Positions 19,539-30,656 of a DNA stretch of 64,000 nt are shown here, one piece after another. The DNA is taken from positions 62,001 to 126,000 of the forward strand of contig JAAOYA010000010.1 of assembly GCA_018221105.1 (NCBI GenBank), given 5' to 3'. A model generated the notes under the pieces. It was not told where the DNA came from. It searched no databases and saw only the letters and a list, made by a program, of their open reading frames with translations. Both the position numbers and the translations under genes were made by a program. Source of the stretch: Candidatus Woesearchaeota archaeon. GTDB lineage: Archaea; Nanobdellota; Nanobdellia; Woesearchaeales; JAAOYA01. Position 1 is the stretch's first letter. Each line of letters starts with the position of its first letter.

Positions 19539-21563
19539 TTGTTTTTTATTTTTTTAGTTTTGTTGGGGGTTGTTAATTTGAAAAATAACAAGTTATTATT
19601 AGCATTAATGAGTACACTACTATTTGCTATTTTTGCAAGCGGTATTAGTACTCAATACTTTGTCTACAATGAAACAGATATTGTAAAATTATCAATTGAT
19701 GCGAGTGATCCCGACAATGATACATTATTTGTTTTCTACGAGCAACCATTAAATGAAACTGGAGAGTGGCAGACAGATTATCAAAGTGCTGGACGCTACG
19801 ATTTTAACATTACTGTAACAGATGGTGATGTTGAATCAATTGTTAATGTAGTAGTGCTAGTAAATAATGTTGATCGAAGCCCTACAATCACAGAGTTCAG
19901 TCCAACACAAGAAAATGTTATTGTTAAAGAACTTGAAAGTATTGAATTTGGCGCTCAAGCGCAAGATCCTGATTTTGATGACGTGTTACAGTTTGAATGG
20001 TTTTTAGATGATTTAAAAGTTGCTGATGGACAATCGTATACTTACGAGCCTGATTATGAAAGCCAAGGCGATCATATAGTAAAAATTGTTGTTACAGGTG
20101 CACAACTTAGCGCTAGTCAATCTTGGAGTGTAGAAACATTGCAAAAGAATCGACTACCGATTTTTGAGCCAGTAGCACAATTAGTTGTGTATGAAGGTCA
20201 AACTTTAACTTTTGAGCGCTCAGCAATTGACCCTGATCGCGACAGATTGTTTTACCAGTTTTCAGAGCCTTTTGACAAATTTGGAGTGTGGACTGCTACT
20301 TTTGATGATGCTAGTTTTTACGCTGCACAAGTTAGTGTTACTGATGGTTTTGAAATTATCACTAGAGAGTTCATCATTGAAGTTGTTGATGTTAATCGAT
20401 TGCCTGTTTTTGATGGCCTACAAGAAGTTTATAATTTGCAAGAGCGCAGTAAATGGAGCATTCCAGTAAACTTTAGTGATGGTGATGGTGATGATGTTAT
20501 TATTAGTATTGAAGGATTGCCTGCTGGCTCTTTTTTTGATGATGGTATTTTAGAGTGGACTCCAAATTATGAAGTAGTACAACAAAACACTGCACTAGAG
20601 CGATTAAAAGGCAATACTAGAACAATAGAGATTGTTTTTGTTGCAGATGATGGTATTGACGTCGTGCGTCAACCTGTAAAATTGATTGTTGCCGATAAGA
20701 ATCGAGCTCCAATAATAGAATATATTAACGAAATAGTGGTCAGCGAGGGTGAAACAATTGTTTTAAACCCCGTGGCAATAGATCATGATGGTCAACCACT
20801 AAAATATTATTATAGTGGTTTTATGGATTCTAATACTAAAGAATTGACTTTTGATGATGCTGGAGAGTATATTGTTAAAGTTTTAGTAAGTGATGGTGTT
20901 AATTCTGACACTATAACTGTTGACGTGACAGTGCTAAACACTAATAGGGCTCCAACAATAAAAAGTGTTCGTGACAGGACAATCAATGAAGGAGAACAAT
21001 TAATAATTGACTTAAAAGCAGAAGATGTTGATGGTGATAGTGTAATCTTTAGCGCTTCACAATTACCTTTTGGAGCTGTGATTGACAATAATCAGTTTGT
21101 TTGGACTCCTGGTTACGGGCAGGCTAGTAACGCTCAAACAATCGAGTATTCTATAACAGTATTAGCAAGTGATGGAGAGTTTGCAAGCGAAGAAACTTTC
21201 AGTGTTAGTGTAAAAGATGTTAATAGAAAACCAACAATCACTGGTTTCACACCACAATTTAATAGTATTGATTCTGTAATTGGCGCACCAGTAATTTTTG
21301 AAGTTCAAGCAAGTGACGCTGATGGTGACGCGCTAAGTTATCAGTGGAGTTTTGGTCTTTTAGAAGGACCAATAACAAACGGTACTAGTATATTGCAAAA
21401 GAATTTTGTAATAACTGGTCAGAAAACTGTCAAAGTGACTGTTAGTGATGGCACTAACAGTGTTAGCAAAAAATGGTTGGTAAATGTTTTAGAGCCCGTC
21501 GCCCCTACTATAACATTACAACCTGTTCTTTTTGAAAACATTAAAGAGACAAGAGTTATTTGA
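19539..21563 (+). CDS. secreted protein with tandem Ig/PKD-like repeats (paralog of the upstream gene); start uncertain
   Basis: Same DPDxD, SDG and NRxP repeat motifs; signal peptide. Confidence 0.8.
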   Translation: MFFIFLVLLGVVNLKNNKLLLALMSTLLFAIFASGISTQYFVYNETDIVKLSIDASDPDNDTLFVFYEQPLNETGEWQTDYQSAGRYDFNITVTDGDVESIVNVVVLVNNVDRSPTITEFSPTQENVIVKELESIEFGAQAQDPDFDDVLQFEWFLDDLKVADGQSYTYEPDYESQGDHIVKIVVTGAQLSASQSWSVETLQKNRLPIFEPVAQLVVYEGQTLTFERSAIDPDRDRLFYQFSEPFDKFGVWTATFDDASFYAAQVSVTDGFEIITREFIIEVVDVNRLPVFDGLQEVYNLQERSKWSIPVNFSDGDGDDVIISIEGLPAGSFFDDGILEWTPNYEVVQQNTALERLKGNTRTIEIVFVADDGIDVVRQPVKLIVADKNRAPIIEYINEIVVSEGETIVLNPVAIDHDGQPLKYYYSGFMDSNTKELTFDDAGEYIVKVLVSDGVNSDTITVDVTVLNTNRAPTIKSVRDRTINEGEQLIIDLKAEDVDGDSVIFSASQLPFGAVIDNNQFVWTPGYGQASNAQTIEYSITVLASDGEFASEETFSVSVKDVNRKPTITGFTPQFNSIDSVIGAPVIFEVQASDADGDALSYQWSFGLLEGPITNGTSILQKNFVITGQKTVKVTVSDGTNSVSKKWLVNVLEPVAPTITLQPVLFENIKETRVI

Positions 21564-21604
21564 AGAGCAAAAACTTTAAATACATGTGATAATCAATTCT
21601 TAAA

Positions 21605-22120
21605 ATGGCAGATGTTTTAGAAAACCAGCAATGTCCAATGTGTTTTAAAGCAACACTAACATTGCGCGAAGATGAGACAGAAGTTCCTTATTTTGGAAAA
21701 GTTTTTGTTTTTTCAATGGATTGCTCTAATTGCAAGTATCACAAAGCAGATATTGAAAGTGCAGAGCAAAAACCACCTTGCAAAATAACATTTGAAGTTA
21801 ACTCTGAAGATGACATGAAAGTGCGAGTTGTTAAAAGCGGGGAGGCCACTGTTAAACTGCCGCGCATCATGACGATGGAGCCCGGACCAGCAGCTAATGG
21901 TTTTATTACTAACATTGAAGGATTATTAGATCGCGCTAAAAAAGTTTTGGAAAGCGCTCGCGATAACGCTGAAGATAATACTGATCGCAAAAAAATCAAG
22001 AACATGGTAAAAAAATTACAGAATATCATGTGGGGTCGTGACAAACTAACAATCACAATAGAAGACCCTAGTGGCAACAGCGCAATAATCAGCGACAGAA
22101 CAATTGTGAAAAAACTTTAA
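21605..22120 (+). CDS. ZPR1 zinc-finger protein
   Basis: CPMC, VPYFG, CSNC, ITNIEGLL, EDPSGNS. Confidence 0.93.
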   Translation: MADVLENQQCPMCFKATLTLREDETEVPYFGKVFVFSMDCSNCKYHKADIESAEQKPPCKITFEVNSEDDMKVRVVKSGEATVKLPRIMTMEPGPAANGFITNIEGLLDRAKKVLESARDNAEDNTDRKKIKNMVKKLQNIMWGRDKLTITIEDPSGNSAIISDRTIVKKL

Positions 22121-23763
22121 TTCTTTAGTAGTTTGTGTATGTCTTGGTGTATGCTGATTTTTTTCTTTGTTTTGCCTACATAGAACGGGCTTGTCGCGTT
22201 GCCACCTGGTGCTCCGTGTGCTGCGTACTGGTTTGCAAAAGCTACTTGCTCGTTGTTAACAAAGCCAGCGTAGATTATTAAATCTCCAACTAATGGCATT
22301 TTTGCTAGTGCGTAAGTATCTTTTGCTAATTGTATTGGATTGCCATAACGGCTCAATATTTTTTTTACTTGGTTTGATGGGTTTTGTGTTAGTGGTAAGC
22401 TTTTGCCATGGCTTATTATTACAGGATTGGTTTTTGTGTGGCCTATTAGCACTCCTATTGCAGGATGTTTTGATAGTATTGTTAAAAGCATTGGATATTT
22501 TTTACTAATCTCTTTAACTGTTAACTTATTTTTTGATATGTTAAAATAAATATTTGATAGGCTGCTGCCATTTTCTACAAATATTTGTTCTTTGTTTTTC
22601 CACTTGAAAGTTTTTCTTTTTGTTCGATAATTTTTTGATAGGCTCCAAAGACCTGCTTTTATCATTATTCTTGCTGGAAGTGTAGCAATTTTTAGTGTGT
22701 TAGCTAGTTTTGTTCTTATTGCGTGCACTCGGTGATTGACTTGTAATTCTGCGCTTTCAAAGTCTACTAATTCCACGTTTTCTTTTGTTATTTCTTGAAT
22801 GTATTCTCCTAAGCTTTTTCCGTACAAGTCTTTAAATGGTATGCTTTTGGTGTTGCCGTGATCACTTAATATGTGCAGTTCGTAATCTTCTGGTAGGTGT
22901 CGTAGTATTTTTGCTATTCTTCTATCAATCCCTCTTAGTGTTAGGTAGGCGCTTAGGTTGTTTGGTCCGCGATGGTGCGCTATTTCATCGTAGCCTAGAA
23001 AATTGACGTATACTCGCGGCACTTTTCGTTGTATGTCTAGAATTGTTCCGTGTGTTTCTATTTCACGAAGCAGTACATTCATGGCAATTCTGACAATTGG
23101 AAAAAAGATGTTTTTGTCGGCTGTTAGTTTTTTACTAAATAATGCTTTTGTACCATAATATATTGATTCTGAAAATTCTAGTGTTAATTCAAAAAAAGTA
23201 AAACTTATCACTCTTAGCAAGCTTATTGGGTTTATCAGTAAAAAAAATAGTATGTCTAAATCTTTTACTTGCTTGAAAAGTTTTTTTTGCAATAAAGTGC
23301 TCATTGTTAACACGCAGTGCTGTGCGCCTCCTGAAAAAGTGTTACCGTAAGAACTACCGCCTTTTAGCACTCCAGTTTTTGGCAGGATGTTTTGTTCTAC
23401 TAAAAGTGTTTTTTTTGCGTTGTCAAATGTGTATTCTTGTTTTTGTTTCTTGTCAATATAGCGAAATCCTGGAATATCACCGTTAGTGCCATACAATATT
23501 TTTGCTAGTGACGCGGGAGTGTTTGCTGGAATGCCACTATAATATGGTTGTAATCGATAACCTTTTTTTCTTATTAATCGTCTGATTGTTGGCGCGAAAC
23601 CCCTGCGCATTGCTTTGTTTAATATGTCGTGGCTTACACTGTCGACTTGTATTACTAAGAATTTTTTACCTTTGGCTTTGCTTTCAACGTACGCTAAACG
23701 TTTTTGTATTGCCTTGTATTTTTTGGCTCTAAAATAGTCTAATGTTCGCTTTACTGGTCGCAT
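22117..23763 (-). CDS. alkaline phosphatase superfamily / type I phosphodiesterase protein
   Basis: QVDSV, PANTPAS, YDEIAHHRGP, LSDHG, AHGAPGG. Confidence 0.85.
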   Translation of the reverse strand: MRPVKRTLDYFRAKKYKAIQKRLAYVESKAKGKKFLVIQVDSVSHDILNKAMRRGFAPTIRRLIRKKGYRLQPYYSGIPANTPASLAKILYGTNGDIPGFRYIDKKQKQEYTFDNAKKTLLVEQNILPKTGVLKGGSSYGNTFSGGAQHCVLTMSTLLQKKLFKQVKDLDILFFLLINPISLLRVISFTFFELTLEFSESIYYGTKALFSKKLTADKNIFFPIVRIAMNVLLREIETHGTILDIQRKVPRVYVNFLGYDEIAHHRGPNNLSAYLTLRGIDRRIAKILRHLPEDYELHILSDHGNTKSIPFKDLYGKSLGEYIQEITKENVELVDFESAELQVNHRVHAIRTKLANTLKIATLPARIMIKAGLWSLSKNYRTKRKTFKWKNKEQIFVENGSSLSNIYFNISKNKLTVKEISKKYPMLLTILSKHPAIGVLIGHTKTNPVIISHGKSLPLTQNPSNQVKKILSRYGNPIQLAKDTYALAKMPLVGDLIIYAGFVNNEQVAFANQYAAHGAPGGNATSPFYVGKTKKKISIHQDIHKLLKN

Positions 23764-23834
23764 AAATTGTTATTAATGAGTTTTTTTAATAATTTTACTA
23801 CAATTTTATAAAAAAAGATTATTTCTCGCTCATT

Positions 23835-25766
23835 ATGAGAAAAACTGGTAGTTTTGAACTTGTGACTGACTTGGTGCCTAAGGGCTCTCAACCTAAGGCT
23901 ATAAAGCTGTTAGTTGATGGTCTAAAAAAGCATTCTCATCAAACGCTTTTGGGAATTACTGGTAGTGGTAAGACTTTTACCATGGCTAATGTTATTGCAC
24001 AGGTTAACAAGCCAACCTTGATTCTAGCTCACAATAAAACTTTGGCTGCGCAATTGTACAACGAGCTTAAAGAATTGTTTCCAAATAATGCTGTTGAGTA
24101 TTTTGTTTCATACTATGATTATTATCAACCTGAAAGTTATCTGCCAACAACTGATACTTATATTGAAAAGGATGCTAAAGTCAATGAGAAAATTGAGCAG
24201 TTGCGCCTTCGCGCTACTACTAGTCTTTTGACGCGCAATGACGTGGTTATCGTGGCTAGTGTTAGTAGTATTTATGGATTGGGTAGTCCTGCAACTTTTG
24301 AGGATTTGTCGTTTAGTATTACTAAGGGCGAAAAATTGAGTCGTCAACAACTTTTGAAAAAATTATTGGATATTCAGTATGAGCGCAATGATACTGCTTT
24401 GCAAAACGGTCGTTTTCGTGTTCGCGGTGATGTTGTGGATATTTTTGGTGGTTTTGAAGAACATTTAGTGAGAGTGGAATTTTTTGGTGATGTTGTTGAA
24501 AGTATTACTTTGCGCGAGAACGTGAGTTTTAAAAAATTAGAGTTGCTAAACTCTATTGATGTTTTTCCTGCGCGCCATTACGTGATTACAGAACAACAAA
24601 AAGAAATGGCGCTTGACAGCATTAAAAAAGAGTTAGAAGAGCACGCCCCAACTTTAGAGCCCCTAGAGCGTCATCGTTTGACTACTCGCACAAAGTATGA
24701 TTTGGAAATGCTTGAGAATGTCGGGTTTTGTAGCGGTATTGAAAATTATTCTCGCCATTTTGAAAATCGCAAAAGTGGAGAGCCACCTTATTGTTTGCTG
24801 GATTTTTTTGGTGATGATTTCTTGTTTTTTATTGATGAGAGTCACGTATCAATCCCGCAGGTTCATGGTATGTATAAGGGCGATTACAGTCGTAAGAAAA
24901 ACTTGATTGATTTTGGTTTTCGCTTGCCTAGCGCGTATGATAATAGGCCTTTGAAGTTTGCAGAGTTTGAAAAATATTTGAAGCATGTTGTTTTTGTCAG
25001 TGCTACCCCGGCTGATTGGGAATTAAAAGGTAGTGGTCAGGTTGTTGAGCAAATCATTCGTCCCACTGGTTTACTCGACCCACAAGTTATTGTTAAGCCT
25101 ACAAAAGGACAAGTTAATGATTTGATAAGCGAGATTAAAAAGACTGTAAAGAATGGTTTTAGGGTTTTAGTCACAACATTGACTAAGCGCATGGCTGAGG
25201 ACTTGGCCGATTACTTAGCAAAAGCCAATATTAAGACTCGTTACATGCACTCTGAGATTGATACTATTGAGCGCTCTGAAATTATTCGAGAATTGCGCAT
25301 TGGCAGTTTTGATGTGTTGGTTGGCATTAACTTGTTGCGTGAAGGACTTGACATTCCTGAAGTATCACTTGTTGCTATAATGGATGCTGACAAGGAAGGT
25401 TTTTTGCGCACTGACAGGAGTCTTATTCAAACTATTGGTCGTGCTGCACGTAACAGTGATGGTCACGTGTTCATGTATGCAGATAAAATTACTGATAGTA
25501 TGAAGCGCGCCATTAGTGTAACGCACGAGAGACGTGCTAAACAAATAATGTTTAACAAAAAACAAGGCATTACTCCTAAAACTATTATTAAAAAGATTCC
25601 TGAAAAACTCGTGGAGGTTAGTGATGTTAAAAGCATTCCTAAAAGCAGCATTCCACAAGTTGTTGAAGAATTAGAAGCTCAAATGAATTTAGCTGCTGAA
25701 AACCTTGATTTTGAGCGTGCAATACAATTGCGTGATCGTATTAACGAATTAAAAAATAGAAGTTAG
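23835..25766 (+). CDS. uvrB: excinuclease ABC subunit B
   Basis: GITGSGKT, YYDYYQPE, DESH, QTIGRAAR, C-terminal UVR domain. Confidence 0.98.
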   Translation: MRKTGSFELVTDLVPKGSQPKAIKLLVDGLKKHSHQTLLGITGSGKTFTMANVIAQVNKPTLILAHNKTLAAQLYNELKELFPNNAVEYFVSYYDYYQPESYLPTTDTYIEKDAKVNEKIEQLRLRATTSLLTRNDVVIVASVSSIYGLGSPATFEDLSFSITKGEKLSRQQLLKKLLDIQYERNDTALQNGRFRVRGDVVDIFGGFEEHLVRVEFFGDVVESITLRENVSFKKLELLNSIDVFPARHYVITEQQKEMALDSIKKELEEHAPTLEPLERHRLTTRTKYDLEMLENVGFCSGIENYSRHFENRKSGEPPYCLLDFFGDDFLFFIDESHVSIPQVHGMYKGDYSRKKNLIDFGFRLPSAYDNRPLKFAEFEKYLKHVVFVSATPADWELKGSGQVVEQIIRPTGLLDPQVIVKPTKGQVNDLISEIKKTVKNGFRVLVTTLTKRMAEDLADYLAKANIKTRYMHSEIDTIERSEIIRELRIGSFDVLVGINLLREGLDIPEVSLVAIMDADKEGFLRTDRSLIQTIGRAARNSDGHVFMYADKITDSMKRAISVTHERRAKQIMFNKKQGITPKTIIKKIPEKLVEVSDVKSIPKSSIPQVVEELEAQMNLAAENLDFERAIQLRDRINELKNRS

Positions 25767-25831
25767 GTGTCACTTAATAGTGGTAAATTACCAATAGTTT
25801 TATAAACTATTAAAACAATCTATCGTGCATA

Positions 25832-26752
25832 ATGACAAAAATATTACAGTTTTCAGACTTGCACGCAGATTCTGCTAAAAGGCAAGCCGTCCTAAATATT
25901 GCAAAATCTACAAACCCATCCGCTAGTTTTGATTTGGGTGATGAAATTGAAGCTAGAGAATTCTACCCGGAAGTATTTTCAAAAATTAACATTCCAATAC
26001 CTAAAGAAGTCATTGATGATATTAATAGAGCAAAAGAACTAAATTCAGAACAAGAGCTTATTAAAGCACTACAAAAACATGAAGCAACACTAGCACAATT
26101 ACGCCAAGGTGTTGAAAATGCAGTAATAGAACAGTTAAAGGTTGAAGGTTCAAAACTAGAAGAAGAGCTTTACAGCAGATTAAAAGAAATAAATCCTGTT
26201 TATGGAGTTTTAGGAAATCATGATCCTTACGCTCTAAAAAAATTTACTCCCAGTGTTACTTATATTGACGAGTCAGACCCTGTTAAAGTTAATGATCATT
26301 CAATTGCAGGCGTTGTCAACAGTGACGAATTTGTATCTGAAAAGTTTTTGCACTTGTACCCACATCTTACAAGAGACATCAACAACAAAAATGTCGATGA
26401 AGTTTCACAGCACACAGGCAAAAGTATTGATGAATTATTACAAAACAGTGCCGAATACCAAAGGTTGCACGATAAAAATTTCACTATTGTAGCATCTCAC
26501 AAGACAGTTTTACCAAACAGTTATGGCACTGGGATTGCGGCTAGCAAATTAGCAAAAGAAAAAGGAGTGAAGCTTAACATGTGCGGTCATCGTCACAAAG
26601 GCAGTGTAGAAAGAATTGAAGGTGTTTTAATGGTTAATAGCAGTCCAAACATTGCATACGTTGTAGATATTGATGATATGACTGTTGATGTTTACTGGAT
26701 TAGCTCTGACAAAGAAGGTTTTGCGCGTAATAAATTTGAAAAAGCTGCTTGA
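25832..26752 (+). CDS. calcineurin-like metallophosphoesterase
   Basis: SDLH, LGD, GNHD, GHRH motifs. Confidence 0.85.
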   Translation: MTKILQFSDLHADSAKRQAVLNIAKSTNPSASFDLGDEIEAREFYPEVFSKINIPIPKEVIDDINRAKELNSEQELIKALQKHEATLAQLRQGVENAVIEQLKVEGSKLEEELYSRLKEINPVYGVLGNHDPYALKKFTPSVTYIDESDPVKVNDHSIAGVVNSDEFVSEKFLHLYPHLTRDINNKNVDEVSQHTGKSIDELLQNSAEYQRLHDKNFTIVASHKTVLPNSYGTGIAASKLAKEKGVKLNMCGHRHKGSVERIEGVLMVNSSPNIAYVVDIDDMTVDVYWISSDKEGFARNKFEKAA

Positions 26753-27358
26753 TTATTTCTCTTCAAATAATACTTTATCATCAGTTGACTCTTCAGCTTT
26801 TATACTTCCAAGCTTTGATGGTTCTTTTTTTGGTTTTGTTTCTATTGTAGTTTTTTCTTTCGGTTCTTTTTTTGGTTTTGTTTTCTTTTCTCCTACCATG
26901 AACATTGTAAAAACTGCTATCAAAAAAATGATTATTAGTGCTGGGCTAATAAAATTGTCTCCTAAAAATGATAGTACGTCATTTAGTATATTGAACTCTG
27001 CTAGTAGTATTAGAAAAAATAGTGCTATAAATATTGGAAAAGTCCAACGTTTTTCCCAAACGCTAACCCCTACTGCAGCAGTCATTATTTGAAACATAAC
27101 AATAATGAGCAAAAACAATGCTATTCTTGATAGCATTAAATTAAAATTTATGAATTCTGGCAATATTGCAACACTAAAAAATCCTAACACTAATGCTATT
27201 GTTGCATGAATATTTTTTTTTGAAGCGTCACCAAAAATCTTGACTTTTTCCATTACAGCATAAGCTACTGTGAAAACTAGAATGAACGGCAGTATCACAT
27301 CTGTCAATCCAACATTTTCTAAAAATAGGAAAGTGTTTGTAATCATCGCGTTTACCAT
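26753..27358 (-). CDS. membrane protein of unknown function
   Basis: DVILPFILVFTV.YA.. N-terminus, several TM helices, Lys-rich tail. Confidence 0.7.
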   Translation of the reverse strand: MVNAMITNTFLFLENVGLTDVILPFILVFTVAYAVMEKVKIFGDASKKNIHATIALVLGFFSVAILPEFINFNLMLSRIALFLLIIVMFQIMTAAVGVSVWEKRWTFPIFIALFFLILLAEFNILNDVLSFLGDNFISPALIIIFLIAVFTMFMVGEKKTKPKKEPKEKTTIETKPKKEPSKLGSIKAEESTDDKVLFEEK

Positions 27359-27450
27359 AAAAGATTTTATTGTCTTGTTTGTTTTTAAAGTTTTTCACTA
27401 GACAAGTGCCGGTAAGCTTTATAAGTAATAATTTGTTCTGCCAACCTCTT

Positions 27451-30240
27451 ATGAATAAAGATATTGTTATCAGGGGTGCCAGAGAGCACAATTTAAAAAA
27501 CCTTAACGTGACAATTCCACGTGACAAACTAGTGGTCATCACAGGTCTTAGCGGTAGTGGTAAATCTAGTTTAGCGTTTGATACTATTTATGCTGAAGGG
27601 CAGCGTCGATACGTTGAAAGTTTGAGTGCTTATGCACGACAATTTTTGGGTTTGATGCAAAAGCCTGATGTTGATTCAATAGATGGACTTTCTCCGGCTA
27701 TTAGTATTGAACAAAAAACTACTTCGAAGAATCCTCGCTCTACTGTTGGTACTGTGACAGAAATTTATGATTATCTTAGGCTTTTGTTTGCTCGTGTTGG
27801 AAAACCTCATTGTCCGCAATGTGGCAAGCCTATTAGCGCTCAAAGTGCTCAATTGATTTCTAATCAAATACTTGAGAATCGCAAAGGTGAAAAAATTCAG
27901 GTTTTAGCACCTGTTATCAGGCAGCGTAAGGGTACTTATGAGAAACTTTTTGAGGATTTCAAAAAAGAAGGTTATGCTAGGGTTCGCCTTAACAAAAAAT
28001 TCTATGATTTAGAAGATGATAAACTGCCAACACTTGATCGTTATAAAAAGCATGATATCGAAGTTGTTGTTGACCGCGTTCAAGTCAACTCTCAAAAATC
28101 GCGTGTTAACGAAGCAGTTGAGAATGCTTTGAAACTGGCTCATGGGTTAGTGATTATTTTAGGTGAGAAAAATGATGAGAGGCTTTATTCTTCGCATGCC
28201 GCTTGTGCTGATTGTAATATTAGTTTTGAAGAGTTGCAGCCTAGAATGTTTAGTTTTAATAGTCCTTTTGGTGCTTGTGAGCACTGTCACGGTCTTGGTT
28301 TTAAACAAGAGGTTGATGTCGAACTAGTGATTCCTAACAGTGAATTGTCTTTTGCTGAGGGCGCTATAGCACCTTGGGGTAATACTATTGACTCTTGGCG
28401 TTATTATTATTTACGCCGACTAGCCAGAAAAGCAGGTTTTAATATGATGACACCTGTTAAAAAACTGTCAAAAAAAGTTTTAGACGTGGTATTGTACGGT
28501 CCTAACCAAGATGAAGATTATTGGGGATTAGATGATGAGTTTGAAGGCGTTATTCCAAGTTTAGAGAGGCTTCACAAGCAAACTGATAGTGAGTGGCGCC
28601 GTGAAGAAATCGAAAAGTACATGCGCAACGTAGAGTGTCCAAAGTGTCATGGCAAAAGATTAAAAGAAAAAGCTTTGGCTGTTAAAATTAGCAAAAAAAA
28701 CATTATTAATATTACAGATTTTTCAATAAAAAACTGTCTTACCTTTTTTAATAATCTAAAACTTTCACAAAAAGATGAGATTATCGCAAAGCAAATACTA
28801 AAAGAGCTAAAGGCACGATTAAACTTTTTAGTAAATGTTGGCCTAGATTATCTCACATTATCTCGCGCTGCCGGAACATTAAGTGGTGGTGAAGCACAAC
28901 GCATTCGATTAGCTACTCAAATTGGCAGCAATTTAATGGGAGTGGTTTACATTTTGGACGAGCCTAGTATTGGATTGCACCAGCGTGACAATAATAAATT
29001 AATAAAGACTTTGAAGCAATTGCGCGATGTTGGCAACACAGTATTAGTGGTGGAACATGATGAGGACACTATTTTAAACGCTGATAATGTTATTGATATT
29101 GGCCCTGGAGCAGGAGTTCATGGTGGCAAAATAGTATTTCAAGGCTCGCCAAAACAATTGATGAAAGATTGTGATTCTTTGACTGGACAATACTTGTGCG
29201 GCAAAAAAAAGATTGCAATGTTAGAAAAAAGACGTCAAAACAGTGATTATTTACTAATTAAAGGAGCCAAGCAAAATAATCTAAAGAACTTAACTGTGAA
29301 AATTCCTACAAACGTGTTAAATGTCATCACAGGTGTTAGTGGCAGCGGCAAGAGCACCTTAATTCACGATATTTTGTATAAGGGTTTAATGAAAAAAATT
29401 CACCGCTCAAAAGAGCGCCCTGGAGCGCATGACGATATCATAATGGGTGAAGATGTTAATAAATTAATACTTATTGATCAAAGTCCTATTGGCAGAACTC
29501 CTCGCTCAAACCCTGCAACTTATACTAAAGTTTTTGATTTGATTCGCAGTTTGTTTGCAATGACTAAAGAAGCAAAAATGCGCGGTTACACTCCAGGAAG
29601 ATTCAGTTTTAACGTCAAAGGCGGTCGTTGTGACAATTGCGCAGGTGACGGCCTAATAAAGATTGAAATGCATTTTCTGCCAGATGTTTATGTTGAATGT
29701 GAAGAATGTAAAGGCAAACGCTACAATAGCGAGACTTTAGAGGTTAAGTACAAGGATAAAAGCATTGCAGATGTTTTAGACATGACTGTCAATCAATCAC
29801 TAGAATTTTTTGAAAACATTCCATCAATTAAAAGAAAATTGCAAACACTCTACGATGTCGGACTTGGCTATATAAAACTAGGACAGTCAAGTACTACACT
29901 TAGCGGTGGTGAAGCACAACGTATTAAATTATCACGTGAACTGTCTAAAAAAGATTTAGGCCACACTTTGTACTTGCTTGACGAGCCAACTACAGGACTG
30001 CACTTTGATGACGTCAACAAACTATTAAACGTGCTACAACGATTAGTTGACAAAAAAAACACTATTATTGTAATAGAGCACAATCTTGATATCATAAAAA
30101 ACGCTGATCACATTATAGACCTTGGCCCTGAAGGCGGTGATGAAGGAGGCCAAATAGTTGCCGAGGGCACACCTGAACAAGTAGCACAAAGCACTAAAAG
30201 TTACACTGCAAAGTACATCAAAAAAGTTCTAGAAAAATAA
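27451..30240 (+). CDS. uvrA: excinuclease ABC subunit A
   Basis: [17 protein letters not shown], two LSGGEAQRI, zinc fingers; ATG 27451 follows a TATA at about 27418. Confidence 0.98.
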   Translation: MNKDIVIRGAREHNLKNLNVTIPRDKLVVITGLSGSGKSSLAFDTIYAEGQRRYVESLSAYARQFLGLMQKPDVDSIDGLSPAISIEQKTTSKNPRSTVGTVTEIYDYLRLLFARVGKPHCPQCGKPISAQSAQLISNQILENRKGEKIQVLAPVIRQRKGTYEKLFEDFKKEGYARVRLNKKFYDLEDDKLPTLDRYKKHDIEVVVDRVQVNSQKSRVNEAVENALKLAHGLVIILGEKNDERLYSSHAACADCNISFEELQPRMFSFNSPFGACEHCHGLGFKQEVDVELVIPNSELSFAEGAIAPWGNTIDSWRYYYLRRLARKAGFNMMTPVKKLSKKVLDVVLYGPNQDEDYWGLDDEFEGVIPSLERLHKQTDSEWRREEIEKYMRNVECPKCHGKRLKEKALAVKISKKNIINITDFSIKNCLTFFNNLKLSQKDEIIAKQILKELKARLNFLVNVGLDYLTLSRAAGTLSGGEAQRIRLATQIGSNLMGVVYILDEPSIGLHQRDNNKLIKTLKQLRDVGNTVLVVEHDEDTILNADNVIDIGPGAGVHGGKIVFQGSPKQLMKDCDSLTGQYLCGKKKIAMLEKRRQNSDYLLIKGAKQNNLKNLTVKIPTNVLNVITGVSGSGKSTLIHDILYKGLMKKIHRSKERPGAHDDIIMGEDVNKLILIDQSPIGRTPRSNPATYTKVFDLIRSLFAMTKEAKMRGYTPGRFSFNVKGGRCDNCAGDGLIKIEMHFLPDVYVECEECKGKRYNSETLEVKYKDKSIADVLDMTVNQSLEFFENIPSIKRKLQTLYDVGLGYIKLGQSSTTLSGGEAQRIKLSRELSKKDLGHTLYLLDEPTTGLHFDDVNKLLNVLQRLVDKKNTIIVIEHNLDIIKNADHIIDLGPEGGDEGGQIVAEGTPEQVAQSTKSYTAKYIKKVLEK

Positions 30241-30269
30241 AACATTTAAATATAACTTATTACTTTGCA

Positions 30270-30647
30270 GTGATTAAAATGGCATCTGAAGAATCAATTG
30301 AAGATAAAGTAGGTATTAACATAATACCTGTAATATACCATTTACAAGGGTTGGCAGAAGACATTCAAGCTATAAAAGATGCAGGATTAGATAATATTCA
30401 AGGCCACTTTGTAAAAATTCCTAAAGATTTTCCTGCAGACTATATCGATGTAGCAAGAAGCGCTGTACTATTTTTGTATAATCCTCAAAACAGCACTAAC
30501 CCGATTCATGACATAGCGGATAGACAAATGGTTCGAAGAGCTTATATGCACTTAAAAACAGGCAAAACAGAATTATTCCCCATAGCTGAAAGCTATAAAA
30601 CAACAGAAAAAAAACTAGGAATTAGCATTGTTGAAGATCAACCTTAA
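30270..30647 (+). CDS. hypothetical protein
   Basis: ORF with its own TATA (TTTAAATA about 30245); probable start ATG 30279. Confidence 0.55.
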   Translation: MIKMASEESIEDKVGINIIPVIYHLQGLAEDIQAIKDAGLDNIQGHFVKIPKDFPADYIDVARSAVLFLYNPQNSTNPIHDIADRQMVRRAYMHLKTGKTELFPIAESYKTTEKKLGISIVEDQP

Positions 30648-30656
30648 TTTCTGTTT

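Noticed and set aside
27370..27450. Upstream TTG start of uvrA
   Set aside because: The region contains the TATA promoter; UvrA homology begins at ATG 27451
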